DNA of 31,256 nt. It comes from an uncultured Aquificales bacterium. Lineage in GTDB: Bacteria; Thermosulfidibacterota; Thermosulfidibacteria; Thermosulfidibacterales; Thermosulfidibacteraceae. This document shows positions 10,008 to 20,194 of this stretch, one piece after another. Both the position numbers and the translations under genes were made by a program. The stretch is from positions 1-31,256 of the forward strand of contig CAYPLO010000010.1 in assembly GCA_964411615.1 (NCBI GenBank), given 5' to 3'. The notes beneath the pieces were generated by a model, which searched no databases, had not been told where the DNA came from, and was given only the letters and a program-made list of their open reading frames with translations. The stretch's first letter is position 1. Each line of letters starts with the position of its first letter.

Positions 10008-10605
10008 GGGCCCAAAGGAGCTGGAGCTGGCCTTAGATATACTGAAAGGGGGAGGGGTCATAGTCTTTCCTACGGACACCCTCTACGGTCTCATGGCCCA
10101 TGTGGAGAATGACGAGGCCGTAGAGAGGGTTTTTTCAATCAAGGGCAGAGACGTGTCCAAGCCCTCCCCTCTGCTCGTTGGAAGCCTGGATACTGCGCAG
10201 AGATACGGAGTCCTGGAGGAAAAGGCTCTCAGGCTTTGGGAGCGGTTCATGCCCGGTGCCCTCACCTTAGTGGTGAGGGCTAAGGAGGGCCTTCGGATAC
10301 CGGGAATCACATCCCCGGAGGGGAAGGTGGGGCTGAGGATGCCGAACCATCCCCATCTGCTGCAGCTACTAAGGGGCCTGGACTCAGGGGTTACAGGGAC
10401 CAGTGCCAATCCGTCGGGTATGCCCCCTGCAAGAGTCGTTGACGAGATACACCACGAAATCGCCAGTCGGGTGGACGCCGTATTCTACCAGAGAAGTTCC
10501 CTTATGGGCATGCCATCAACCGTGGTGGATGTCACAGATGGAGTAAGGGTGCTAAGGGAGGGAGCCATCACTGTTCAGGAGATAGAGGATGCCCTACGAG
10601 GATGA
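9988..10605 (+). CDS. tsaC: L-threonylcarbamoyladenylate synthase (YrdC/TsaC-only form)
   Basis: FPTDTLYGL, KGR, PGALT, TSANPSG, PSTVVD and LREGA motifs; TTG start. Confidence 0.93.
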   Translation: MRLIEIRGPKELELALDILKGGGVIVFPTDTLYGLMAHVENDEAVERVFSIKGRDVSKPSPLLVGSLDTAQRYGVLEEKALRLWERFMPGALTLVVRAKEGLRIPGITSPEGKVGLRMPNHPHLLQLLRGLDSGVTGTSANPSGMPPARVVDEIHHEIASRVDAVFYQRSSLMGMPSTVVDVTDGVRVLREGAITVQEIEDALRG

Positions 10606-11893
10606 AAGACCGGCATCAAAAGAGTGGTTTGAAAGGTCCCAAAGGGTCACACCTGGAGGGGTGTGCCACAACCTGAGGTTCTTTCCCCCCTTTCCCTTCT
10701 TCGTATCAAGGGCTGAGGGAGCCTACCTCTGGGATGAAGACGGCAACAGATACATAGACTACTGGATGGGCCATTACACCCACATACTCGGCCACCGTCA
10801 TCCAGAGATAACAGAGGCGGTCTGCAGGTGCATAAAGGAGGTGGGATACCACATAGGAGCCGTCAACAGGTACCAGGTGGAGCTTGCAGAGCTGGTGGTT
10901 GAGCTCATCCCCTCCGCCGAGGCGGTCAGGTTCTGTAGTTCAGGGACAGAGGCCACCATGTATGCAGTCAGACTGGCCAGGGCGTACACCGGCAAAAAGA
11001 TTGTGCTCAAGGTGGCGGGGGGATGGCACGGAGCCAATACGGACCTGTGCAAGGGCATATCCCACCCCCTTGATGAACCCGAGAGCATGGGTCTTCCGGA
11101 AGGGGCTCTGGACGGTGTGAGACTCATCCCCTTCAACGACCTGGAAGGGACCAAGAATATCATTGAAGAGTGCGGAGAGGATATAGCCTGTGCCATTGTG
11201 GAGCCTGTGGTGGGAACTGGGGGCTTCATCCCCGCAGATAAAGAGTATCTGCTATCCTTGAAGGAAGAGCTGCACAGAAGGGGGGCCATCCTCGTATTTG
11301 ACGAGGTCATAACTGGATTCAGGCTCTCCACAGGGGGATACCAGAAGGTTGTAGGGGTGCTTCCGGACCTCACCGTGCTGGGGAAGGTGCTGGGGGGAGG
11401 GTTCCCAGTAGGAGCTGTGGCGGGTAGAAGGGACATCCTTGAGCTTGGAAGCCACAACCGCAAAAAGCCCAACAGGGTGCTCATGGGAGGGGGCACCTTC
11501 TCCTGCAATCCCGTATCCATGGTGGCGGGTATCACCATGCTTAAGCATCTCGTAGAAAAGGAGAAAGAGATATACCCCTACATAGATGGCCTTGGAGAGC
11601 AGTTGAGGAAGAGCCTTGATGGAATGAATGTCAGGGGCAGGGTCCTCAGGACAACGGGTATAGGGTCCCTCTTCATGGTCCACATAATGAGGGAAGACAG
11701 GGCTATAAGGTCGCCTGAGGATGTCTTCTCATACACCCTCTGGGAGCTCAGGGACACGGCGGTAAGAAGGAGACTGGCGGAAAGGGGGGTTTACATGGTC
11801 CATTTCGGCGGAGCCGTATCCACGGCACACAGAGCAGAGGATGTGGAGAGAACAGTAGAAGCCGTGATTGAGACGGTGGAGGGAATAGATTGA
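10589..11893 (+). CDS. class III PLP aminotransferase, glutamate-1-semialdehyde aminomutase (HemL)-like but non-canonical
   Basis: SGTEA, FDEVITGFR, GKVLGGG (PLP-binding Lys) and GGTFSCNP are present; canonical HemL GGVNSPVR and YHG are replaced by GGVCHNLR and WHG. Confidence 0.85.
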   Translation: MPYEDERPASKEWFERSQRVTPGGVCHNLRFFPPFPFFVSRAEGAYLWDEDGNRYIDYWMGHYTHILGHRHPEITEAVCRCIKEVGYHIGAVNRYQVELAELVVELIPSAEAVRFCSSGTEATMYAVRLARAYTGKKIVLKVAGGWHGANTDLCKGISHPLDEPESMGLPEGALDGVRLIPFNDLEGTKNIIEECGEDIACAIVEPVVGTGGFIPADKEYLLSLKEELHRRGAILVFDEVITGFRLSTGGYQKVVGVLPDLTVLGKVLGGGFPVGAVAGRRDILELGSHNRKKPNRVLMGGGTFSCNPVSMVAGITMLKHLVEKEKEIYPYIDGLGEQLRKSLDGMNVRGRVLRTTGIGSLFMVHIMREDRAIRSPEDVFSYTLWELRDTAVRRRLAERGVYMVHFGGAVSTAHRAEDVERTVEAVIETVEGID

Positions 11894-12834
11894 AGGTTCT
11901 TATAACAGGCGCATCCGGTTTCTTGGGCTCCCACATAGCCGCAAGGCTGTCAGAGGCTGGAATGCACGTTGTAGGTGCATCAAGGGGGATGGGGCATCTG
12001 TGCCAGGTGGAGGGGGTTGAGTGGAGGTACCTGGACATCTCCAGCCCGGACTCTGTGGGCGCCTTCGACTTCGCAGGCTTTGATGTGGTGGTGCATAATG
12101 CGGGGATAACCTTCTCAAGGAGGGAGGAGAGGTACTTCAGGGTCAACTACCTGGGCACCAGGTTTCTCGTCAAAAGGCTTGAAGATGTGGGCTTCAGGGG
12201 GAGATTCATCTACATAAGCAGTCTGGCGGTGCACGGTCCGGGAGAGGCTGTAGAGGAGAGCCTTGAGCTTTTACCCATAACCCCCTACGGCGTGAGCAAG
12301 TGCATGGGGGAACTGGAGGTCAGGGCTTCTGGCCTCAACTGGTACGTGCTGAGGCCCCCCGTGATATTCGGGGAGAGGGACAGGGCCCTTGTTGGGGCCT
12401 ACCGCCTCTTCTCAAAGGGACTTGTGCCAGTATGGACGCCTCCAAAGAGGCTGAGCTTAGTCTATGCGAGGAACGTGGCAGAGGCCGTCCGTTTCCTCAT
12501 AGGGTATGAGGGCACCCACAGGGTCTTTCTCATAAAGGACACCACAGCCACCTGGGAGGAGCTCGCCGTAAAGATTCAGGAGATTATGGGTGTCAGAAGC
12601 AAGGTTAAAGTGCCACTAAGGAACTGGATGGTGGATGTGGCAAAGCCCCTGGTTGGTCTTCTCAAGGGGATACTGAAGGTGCCTGTGGATAGACACAAGC
12701 TTGAAGAGATAAAGGCCCGGGAATGGGTGGTTAGGAGCAACCTCATCTTTGAAGAGGGGTTCACCCCACTCTGCTCCTTTGAGGAGGGATTGAGAAGAAC
12801 CCTCCTCTGGTGCAAAGAGAGGGGATACCTGTAG
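11890..12834 (+). CDS. NAD-dependent epimerase/dehydratase family protein (extended SDR)
   Basis: TGASGFLG, HNAG, ISSLA, YGVSK catalytic motif and LRPPVIFG. Confidence 0.9.
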   Translation: MKVLITGASGFLGSHIAARLSEAGMHVVGASRGMGHLCQVEGVEWRYLDISSPDSVGAFDFAGFDVVVHNAGITFSRREERYFRVNYLGTRFLVKRLEDVGFRGRFIYISSLAVHGPGEAVEESLELLPITPYGVSKCMGELEVRASGLNWYVLRPPVIFGERDRALVGAYRLFSKGLVPVWTPPKRLSLVYARNVAEAVRFLIGYEGTHRVFLIKDTTATWEELAVKIQEIMGVRSKVKVPLRNWMVDVAKPLVGLLKGILKVPVDRHKLEEIKAREWVVRSNLIFEEGFTPLCSFEEGLRRTLLWCKERGYL

Positions 12835-12846
12835 GGGAGGTGGCAG

Positions 12847-14223
12847 GTGGTATCGGCTGTTGTTCTGGCCGCCGGTAAGGGAACGAGGATGAGGTCACAA
12901 ATTCCCAAGGTCCTCCACAGGCTTGGGGACAGGGCAATCATAGACTACCCCCTTGGGAGGCTACAGGGACTCTGTGAGCAGATAGTTGTGGTACTTGGAC
13001 ACCAATGGGATAAGGTGAAAGATTACCTGACCCATAGATACAGAGGCCTTGAGTTCGTGGTGCAGAAGGAGCAACTTGGGACCGCCCATGCGGTTATGAC
13101 GGCTATGGGAAAGGTCAGGGGAGATAAGGTGCTTGTGCTTCCGGGGGATATGCCCCTCATAAGCAGGGAAAGCCTGAAGAAGCTCATAGAGTTGTCTGGA
13201 GATAACCACTGCGTCTTGCTTGCCTGTGTCCTTGAAGACCCCACAGGCTACGGAAGGCTTGTCACCTCCGGCTGTGAGGTTGAAGCCATAGTTGAAGAGT
13301 CTGAGGCGACCCCTGAAGAGAGGCGGATAAGGTTGGTCAACACAGGGGTGTACTGCTTTCACAGGGACGTTCTGGAGGAGCTACTTCCCCTCATAAAGAA
13401 CGACAACGCCAAAGGAGAGTACTACCTCACCGATATGGTGGCTCTAATGAAGGAGAGGGGATACAGGTGCATCTACATAGAGGTGCCGTCCCACGAAGGG
13501 ATGGGGATAAACAGCAGAAAGCAGCTGGCGGAGGTGTACAGAGTCATGGGCGAACTGAGAGCCAGAAGGCTCATGGAGAAAGGCGTTACGGTGCTTGACC
13601 CCAACAACACCCACATAGGGGAGGATGTGGAGGTGGGGGAGGATACCGTCATCTACCCCTACACCTTCATAGAGGGAAAGACCACCATAGGCAGAAACTG
13701 TACCATAGGCCCTTTCTGTGTGGTGAGGGACTGCCAGATAGGGGATGGAGTTACCATAAACAGCCACTGTGTCCTTGAGGGGGCCCGTCTGGAGGATGGC
13801 GTCTCGGTGGGTCCTTTTGCCAGGCTGAGACCGGAGACGGTGCTGAAGAGGAACTCAAGGGTGGGCAACTTCGTGGAGGTGAAGAAGTCTGTCATAGGGG
13901 AGAACAGCAAGGCCAACCATCTGGCCTACATAGGAGACGCAACGGTGGGCAAAGATGTGAACATAGGGGCCGGGACCATAACCTGCAACTACGATGGTGT
14001 GAAAAAACACCCAACCATTATAGAGGACGGTGTGTTCATAGGTAGCGACACCCAGCTTGTGGCGCCTGTAAAGGTGGGCAGAGGTTCCCTCATAGGGGCA
14101 GGCTCAACCATAACCAAGGATGTGCCCCCCGACTCCTTGGCTGTAACCAGGGCTCCCATGAGGGTCATTGAGGGCAAGGGGATGAGATACTACAAGAGGA
14201 AAAAATACGGCATAGAGGAGTAA
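12847..14223 (+). CDS. glmU: bifunctional UDP-GlcNAc pyrophosphorylase / glucosamine-1-phosphate N-acetyltransferase
   Basis: LAAGKGTRM, QLGTAHA, EYYLTD, hexapeptide repeats, GNFVEVK, HLAYIGD and NYDG motifs. Confidence 0.98.
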   Translation: MVSAVVLAAGKGTRMRSQIPKVLHRLGDRAIIDYPLGRLQGLCEQIVVVLGHQWDKVKDYLTHRYRGLEFVVQKEQLGTAHAVMTAMGKVRGDKVLVLPGDMPLISRESLKKLIELSGDNHCVLLACVLEDPTGYGRLVTSGCEVEAIVEESEATPEERRIRLVNTGVYCFHRDVLEELLPLIKNDNAKGEYYLTDMVALMKERGYRCIYIEVPSHEGMGINSRKQLAEVYRVMGELRARRLMEKGVTVLDPNNTHIGEDVEVGEDTVIYPYTFIEGKTTIGRNCTIGPFCVVRDCQIGDGVTINSHCVLEGARLEDGVSVGPFARLRPETVLKRNSRVGNFVEVKKSVIGENSKANHLAYIGDATVGKDVNIGAGTITCNYDGVKKHPTIIEDGVFIGSDTQLVAPVKVGRGSLIGAGSTITKDVPPDSLAVTRAPMRVIEGKGMRYYKRKKYGIEE

Positions 14224-14226
14224 GAC

Positions 14227-16041
14227 GTGTGTGGCATTGTGGGGTACTTTGGCAACAGAAACGCCCTTGAGGTGATACTCGATGCACTCAAAAGGCTTGA
14301 GTACAGGGGCTATGATTCTGCTGGAGTGGCCATACATCTGGGCAGCAGGATAGAGATAGTCAAGAGAAAAGGGAAGATTAGGGTCCTTGAGGGGGAACTC
14401 AGGCGAAGGGAACTTAGAGGCAACCTGGGCATAGGCCACACCCGCTGGGCCACCCACGGAAGGCCCAACGACATCAACGCCCATCCCCATAGAAGCGGAT
14501 GCATAGTGGTGGTCCACAACGGGATAGTTGAGAACTACTTAGAGCTGAAGGAGGAACTGTCCAGAACCAACAATTTTACTTCGGAGACCGACACCGAGGT
14601 GGTGGCTGCCCTCATAAACCACCACTACAGGGGAGACCTCCTGGAGGCCGTTCTTGAGGCTGCAAGAAGGCTCAAGGGCTCCTACGCCATAGTGGCCCTC
14701 TGTGACCACGAGCCCACCAGGATGGTTGCCTACAGAAAAGACAGCCCCCTGATACTCGGTGTGGGTGATGGGGAGTTTATCTTGGCCTCTGACATACCAG
14801 CCATACTCCCCTACACCAACAGGGTGGTTCCTCTGGAGGACCACGAAGCGGTGGTCATAGGGAGGGATGGCTTCAGGATTCTCAAGGATGGAAAGCCCGT
14901 TGAGAAACAGCCCAAGGTGATAAGCTGGAGCCCTGCCCTTGCAGAGAAGGCGGGATACAAACACTTCATGCAGAAGGAGATATTTGAACAGCCCAGGGCC
15001 ATCGCTGATACCATCTCTTCTCTGGTCTCCTTAGACACCATGGACTTCGGTCTGTTTAAGCCGGAGTTTGAGGAGAGGTTGAAAGAGGCTTCAAGGGTCA
15101 GGCTTGTGGCCTGCGGCACCTCCTACCACGCCTGCCTTGTTGCAAGATACTGGTTTGACAGGTTCTCAAGGATTCCGGTGGAGGTTGAGATAGCCTCCGA
15201 GTTCAGATACAGGGACCTTTCCCTTGATGCCTCAGACCTCTGTGTATTCGTCTCCCAGTCCGGAGAGACGGCAGACACCATAGCAGCCCTGAGGATGTGC
15301 AACGAGGCGGGATGCACAACGGTAGGTGTGTGCAACGTTATGGAGAGCACCATAGCCAGGGAGTCTGGGGCGGTGGTTTACACCCTGGCAGGTCCAGAGA
15401 TAGGGGTGGCCTCCACAAAGGCCTTCACCACACAGCTCGTGGTTCTGTTCCTGCTGGCTGTGAGACTTGGCATGGTGAGGGGATGCCTGTGGCAGGAGGA
15501 GGCCAAGTCCATATGTGAGCCACTTCTCTACGTGCCCGGTCTTGTGGAGGAGGCGCTGAGGCTTGACGGCTTTCTCAGGGAGCTTGCCCAGGTCCACATG
15601 AAGCGGGAACATTTCCTCTATCTGGGCAGATACCTGAACTACCCCATAGCCTTAGAGGGAGCCCTGAAGCTGAAGGAGATATCCTACATACACGCGGAGG
15701 GTTATGCCGCTGGGGAGATGAAGCACGGTCCCATAGCCCTCATAGACGAGAACATGCCTGTGGTGGTCCTTGCACCCAAGGACAAGGTGTACGACAAGAT
15801 AAGGGCCAACATAGAGGAGGTGAAGGCAAGGTCCGGTATAGTCATAGCCCTCACCGACAAGGGGAACCGGGACCTCAACGACAAGTGCGATACGGTGATA
15901 CATGTGCCCGCAACTGTGGACTATCTGACCCCCATGGTGTATGTTGTGCCTCTGCAGCTCTTCGCCTATCACGTGGCGTCTCTGAAGGGGTGCGATGTTG
16001 ACCAGCCGAGGAATCTGGCAAAGGCTGTCACCGTGGAGTAG
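14227..16041 (+). CDS. glmS: glutamine--fructose-6-phosphate aminotransferase
   Basis: N-terminal [38 protein letters not shown] and C-terminal [11 protein letters not shown]. Confidence 0.99.
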   Translation: MCGIVGYFGNRNALEVILDALKRLEYRGYDSAGVAIHLGSRIEIVKRKGKIRVLEGELRRRELRGNLGIGHTRWATHGRPNDINAHPHRSGCIVVVHNGIVENYLELKEELSRTNNFTSETDTEVVAALINHHYRGDLLEAVLEAARRLKGSYAIVALCDHEPTRMVAYRKDSPLILGVGDGEFILASDIPAILPYTNRVVPLEDHEAVVIGRDGFRILKDGKPVEKQPKVISWSPALAEKAGYKHFMQKEIFEQPRAIADTISSLVSLDTMDFGLFKPEFEERLKEASRVRLVACGTSYHACLVARYWFDRFSRIPVEVEIASEFRYRDLSLDASDLCVFVSQSGETADTIAALRMCNEAGCTTVGVCNVMESTIARESGAVVYTLAGPEIGVASTKAFTTQLVVLFLLAVRLGMVRGCLWQEEAKSICEPLLYVPGLVEEALRLDGFLRELAQVHMKREHFLYLGRYLNYPIALEGALKLKEISYIHAEGYAAGEMKHGPIALIDENMPVVVLAPKDKVYDKIRANIEEVKARSGIVIALTDKGNRDLNDKCDTVIHVPATVDYLTPMVYVVPLQLFAYHVASLKGCDVDQPRNLAKAVTVE

Positions 16042-17776
16042 GGGAGGGGAAGGGGAGCCCCACACGGTAAAGCTATCGGAGAGGTTCACCCTCATAGCCA
16101 TAGGCGCCGCCATAGGGGTCCTGGCGGCGGTGGGAAATGCGGCCTTCAGAACCTCCATGGAGTTCTTCTTCAAGCTCTTCTTTGAGGATATAGGGGGCAG
16201 GCTGGGCATAGAGTACGGTAGAAGACATCCATTGCTCTTTCTGCTTCCCGTAATGGGAGCTGCCCTGGCCGGTGTCCTCGTGGTGAAGTACAGGGAGTAC
16301 ACCAAAGGCTACGGGCTGCCGAGGGTTCTGCTGGCCCTCATAAAGAGGGGCGGACTCATAAGGAAGAGGGTGATATTCTTCAACATACTGCTTCCGCCTA
16401 TAGTGATAGCATCCGGCGGGTCTGCCGGCAGGGAAGGTCCCATAGCCTCCTTGGGGGCGGCCATAGGCTCCGGAGTGGGACAGTTCATAAAGGCGCATCC
16501 CGCCAGGATGAAGGTGCTCGTGGCCGCTGGGGCGGGGGCTGCCATAGCCGCAGCCTTTGATGCCCCCATAGCGGGGATGATGTTCGCCTTGGAGATAATA
16601 CTTCTGGGTAACTTCGACATAGAGCACTTCCCTCCTCTGGTGGTATCCGTCGGAACCGCCGTTGCGGTTACAGAGGCCATATACGGAAGGGAGGTGACCT
16701 TCCACATCCCCAAGTTCACCATGGTGAGCCCGTGGCTGGAGATACCCCTGTATGCCCTGCTCGGTGTCCTCATAGGGGTGGCGGGGGTCTTCTTCATAAG
16801 GCTCTACTTCCTGGTGGAGGATACCTTTGAGAGAATGAACATCCCCTTCTACGCAAAGCTCCTCCTGGGTGCCCTTCTCACAGGCTTTATAGGACTGCTC
16901 TTTCCGAGGGTGCTCGGCAACGGGTACCCCTTCGTGGAGGAGGCCCTTAAGGGGAGAATCCCCTTCTACCTCATGGGCGCACTGGGACTGGCCAAGATGC
17001 TGGCTACCTCTCTGACCATAGGCTCCGGCAACCCCGGGGGACTCTTCGCACCGGGCTTCTTCATAGGGGCCATGATAGCCGGCTTTTTTGGAGGACTTAT
17101 AAGCCACATACTTCCCGTGGCAAGTGCCGGTGCATACGCCTCTGTGGGAGTTGGAGCCTTCATAGCAGCCACCTACCACGCCCCACTGACCTCCATCTTC
17201 CTGCTCTTTGAGATGACCAAGGACTACACCATCATCATCCCCGCCCTTTTTTCCTGCATAATTGCCAGCGTCCTCGCCGAGTGGCTCTTCCCCCACACCT
17301 TGGACACCTACGCCCTCTACCGGATGGGAATAGAGGTCCATCATGGCAGGGAGAGGGAGATACTTGAGGAGCTGAGGGTTAAGGACGCCATGAGCCAGGA
17401 CTACGATGCGGTGTGGGAAGGGATGAACCTGGCCCAGATAAGGGACTACTTCGGAAGGCTGGCCAGGCACACGGACCTGTTCGTTGTGGACAGGGAGGGA
17501 AGACTGGTGGGGGTCATACCCTTCCATGTGCTGAAGAACGCCATGTTCACCGAAGGGGACCTTGATGCCCTTGTGGTTGCCAGGGACCTTGTGGTGGAGG
17601 CCCCCTCTGTGAAGGAGAATGATACCCTAGCAGATGCCATAAAGAACATAGGGAAGAAGCGGATAGACCATCTCCCGGTGGTGGATGAGGAGGGGAGGCT
17701 GGTGGGCATGCTCAGCAGGAAGTGTGTTGTGGACGCCTACAACAGGGAGGCCATGAGGAGAAGGGGAGAGGCATGA
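15995..17776 (+). CDS. ClC family chloride channel / H+:anion antiporter with tandem CBS domains
   Basis: GREGP (gating Glu), FDAPIAG, ALEII, GGLFAP, many TM helices and a C-terminal CBS pair. Start is uncertain: the only in-frame starts before the first TM helix (ATG 15995, TTG 15998) overlap glmS. Confidence 0.93.
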   Translation: MLTSRGIWQRLSPWSRGGEGEPHTVKLSERFTLIAIGAAIGVLAAVGNAAFRTSMEFFFKLFFEDIGGRLGIEYGRRHPLLFLLPVMGAALAGVLVVKYREYTKGYGLPRVLLALIKRGGLIRKRVIFFNILLPPIVIASGGSAGREGPIASLGAAIGSGVGQFIKAHPARMKVLVAAGAGAAIAAAFDAPIAGMMFALEIILLGNFDIEHFPPLVVSVGTAVAVTEAIYGREVTFHIPKFTMVSPWLEIPLYALLGVLIGVAGVFFIRLYFLVEDTFERMNIPFYAKLLLGALLTGFIGLLFPRVLGNGYPFVEEALKGRIPFYLMGALGLAKMLATSLTIGSGNPGGLFAPGFFIGAMIAGFFGGLISHILPVASAGAYASVGVGAFIAATYHAPLTSIFLLFEMTKDYTIIIPALFSCIIASVLAEWLFPHTLDTYALYRMGIEVHHGREREILEELRVKDAMSQDYDAVWEGMNLAQIRDYFGRLARHTDLFVVDREGRLVGVIPFHVLKNAMFTEGDLDALVVARDLVVEAPSVKENDTLADAIKNIGKKRIDHLPVVDEEGRLVGMLSRKCVVDAYNREAMRRRGEA

Positions 17777-19881
17777 GGGAAGAGGAGCTGCTCAAGGACC
17801 TCACACCGGCACAGAGGGAGGCTGTAACCACAACGGAAGGTCCTCTCCTGATACTTGCAGGGGCAGGCTCGGGAAAGACCAGGGTCATCACCTACAGAAC
17901 CGCCTATCTCATGCACACAGGCGTTCCCGGCCACAGGATACTGTGCCTCACCTTCACCAACAAGGCGGCAGGGGAGATGAAGGACAGGGTTATGAGGCTC
18001 CTCGACCTGGGGGACAGGAGGGGTTGGGGAATCCCCTTCATGTCCACCTTCCACTCCTTCTGCCTCTGGTGTCTGAGGAGGTTTGCCCATTCGGTGGGGT
18101 ACAGCCCCGACTTCACGGTCATAGACGAGACGGACCAGCTCGGTGTGGTGAAGGAGGTGTTGAGGTCCCTCAACCTTGACCCCAAGCGGTTCTCCCCCAG
18201 GGGCCTGCTGTCACTCATATCCGAGGCAAAGACAAGAGGAACGGAGCTGGGATACTCGCACGTTCCGCACTTTGAGGAGATATACAGGGCCTACCAGAGC
18301 TACCTCAGGGATAACCAGCTCATGGACTTTGACGACCTGCTCATAAAAGCCGTTGAGCTGCTGGAAGAGGACCAGCAGGCCAGGTCCTTCATGCAGGAGA
18401 GGTTCTCCCATATCATGGTGGACGAGTATCAGGACACCAACAGGCTCCAGTACCGGATAGTCAAGACACTCGCTGAGAGGCACAGGAACCTGTGCGTTGT
18501 GGGGGACGATGACCAGTCCATATACAGCTGGAGGGGGGCCGATATAAGGAACATACTGGACTTTGAGAGGGACTTTCCCGATGCAAAGGTGGTGAAGCTG
18601 GAGGAGAACTTCAGGTCAACCCAGGTGATACTGGATGCGGCCTGGAACGTCATAAAGAACAACACCCAGCGCAAAGAGAAGCGTTTGAGGGCCGTAAGGC
18701 CCGGGGGAGAGAAGGTAAGACTCTACGTCGCCTCAGACGAGCGGGACGAGGCGAGGTTCGTGGTGGACGAGATGCTCAGGCTCAAGCGCCCCTGGAGCCA
18801 CTACGCCATCTTCTACAGGACCAACGCCCAGTCCAGAACCTTTGAAGAGGAGCTGGTATCACGGGGAATACCCTACGTGGTGGTGGGTGGCATACGCTTC
18901 TACGATAGAAAGGAGATAAAGGACGTACTTGCCTACCTCAGGCTTATAAAGAACCCCGATGATGTTCTCTCCTTCAAGAGGGTGGTGAACGTGCCTCCCA
19001 GGGGGATAGGACCTGCCACGGTGGAAAAGGTGCTGAACTTCGCCTCGGTCTCTGGGCTGGGTCTGTGGGATGCCCTCAAAAGGATAACGGAAACCGGCAT
19101 TCTTGGTCCCGCCCCCAAAAGACGGATAGAGGCTTTCGTCAAGCTTATGGAGGAGCTGAGAACCCTCTCCTCCATGCTCACCGTGTCGGAGCTGGTGGAG
19201 GCTGTTCTTGATAAAACAGGCTACAGGATGATGCTGGTGGAGGAGGGGACCAGGGAGGCAGAGGGGAGGCTTGAGAACCTCAACGAGCTTGTGAATGTGG
19301 CCAGTGACTATGACGAATACGAAGAGGATGGATTAACCCTCTTCCTTGACAGAGCCGCTCTGGTCTCCTCTGTGGACGAGCCCACCCGGGAGGGCACCGT
19401 CACCCTCATGACCCTCCACGCTGCAAAGGGGCTTGAGTTTCCCGTGGTCTTCATGGTGGGGATGGAGGATGGTCTGCTTCCCCACGCCCGGTGTTTGGAA
19501 AACCCTGAGCACATAGAAGAGGAGAGGCGTCTGTGCTATGTTGGAATGACCAGGGCAAAGGAGCTTCTGTATCTAACAAGGGCAGAAAAAAGGCTCTTTT
19601 ACGGAATGAGAAGAAAAACGGAGCCTTCCCCCTTTCTTGACGAGATACCTGAGGAGCTGGTGGAGGAGGTTGGCACCGGGAGAGGAGCTGTCCGCAAGCA
19701 CCCCACTGTAGAAGGCGCAGCCTCAAAGGGGAGCATCTCCAGAGGGGACAGGGTGGTCCACGAGCACTTCGGAAGGGGAACGGTGCTTGCGGTTAAGGGC
19801 AACAAGGTGAAGGTCCACTTCTACAACCACGGCGTGAAGACCATAAGCCTTGAGCATACACAACTAAGTAAGGTGGGGTGA
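17773..19881 (+). CDS. pcrA: ATP-dependent DNA helicase PcrA/UvrD
   Basis: [56 protein letters not shown] and a C-terminal Tudor-like [12 protein letters not shown]; start re-assigned to ATG 17773 (ATGA overlap). Confidence 0.96.
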   Translation: MREEELLKDLTPAQREAVTTTEGPLLILAGAGSGKTRVITYRTAYLMHTGVPGHRILCLTFTNKAAGEMKDRVMRLLDLGDRRGWGIPFMSTFHSFCLWCLRRFAHSVGYSPDFTVIDETDQLGVVKEVLRSLNLDPKRFSPRGLLSLISEAKTRGTELGYSHVPHFEEIYRAYQSYLRDNQLMDFDDLLIKAVELLEEDQQARSFMQERFSHIMVDEYQDTNRLQYRIVKTLAERHRNLCVVGDDDQSIYSWRGADIRNILDFERDFPDAKVVKLEENFRSTQVILDAAWNVIKNNTQRKEKRLRAVRPGGEKVRLYVASDERDEARFVVDEMLRLKRPWSHYAIFYRTNAQSRTFEEELVSRGIPYVVVGGIRFYDRKEIKDVLAYLRLIKNPDDVLSFKRVVNVPPRGIGPATVEKVLNFASVSGLGLWDALKRITETGILGPAPKRRIEAFVKLMEELRTLSSMLTVSELVEAVLDKTGYRMMLVEEGTREAEGRLENLNELVNVASDYDEYEEDGLTLFLDRAALVSSVDEPTREGTVTLMTLHAAKGLEFPVVFMVGMEDGLLPHARCLENPEHIEEERRLCYVGMTRAKELLYLTRAEKRLFYGMRRKTEPSPFLDEIPEELVEEVGTGRGAVRKHPTVEGAASKGSISRGDRVVHEHFGRGTVLAVKGNKVKVHFYNHGVKTISLEHTQLSKVG

Positions 19882-19885
19882 TACC

Positions 19886-20179
19886 ATGGCAATAACGAGG
19901 GATGAGGTCCTCTACATAGCCAAGCTTGCGAGGCTTGAGTTCAGCGATGAGGAGGTTGAGGAGTTCACCCATCAGCTGGGCAGGATACTGGACTACATAA
20001 ACAAGCTGAAGGAGCTTGATGTTGACCATGTGGAGCCCAGCTACCACGTGCTTGAGCTTGTCTCTGTGATGAGGGAGGACGAGGTGAAGGAGGGACTCAG
20101 CCAGGAGGAGGCATTAGCCAACGCCCCCGATGCCAAGGACGGCTTCTTCAGAGTGCCCAGAATCATAGAGACAGGCTAA
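19886..20179 (+). CDS. gatC: Asp/Glu-tRNA(Asn/Gln) amidotransferase subunit C
   Basis: [15 protein letters not shown]...MREDEV...[16 protein letters not shown]. Confidence 0.96.
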   Translation: MAITRDEVLYIAKLARLEFSDEEVEEFTHQLGRILDYINKLKELDVDHVEPSYHVLELVSVMREDEVKEGLSQEEALANAPDAKDGFFRVPRIIETG

Positions 20180-20194
20180 AGGGAGGACAGCTTC

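Noticed and set aside
10589..11893. Assigning the symbol hemL
   Set aside because: Key substrate-side motifs differ and there is no haem gene context, so it is left as HemL-like
14200..14230. Possible glmS ribozyme
   Set aside because: Only 3 nt separate glmU and glmS, leaving no room
16073..17527. 484-aa antisense ORF inside clc
   Set aside because: It mirrors a well-supported gene codon for codon and has no recognisable motifs. Such shadows are expected where the sense strand rarely uses TTA, CTA or TCA codons.
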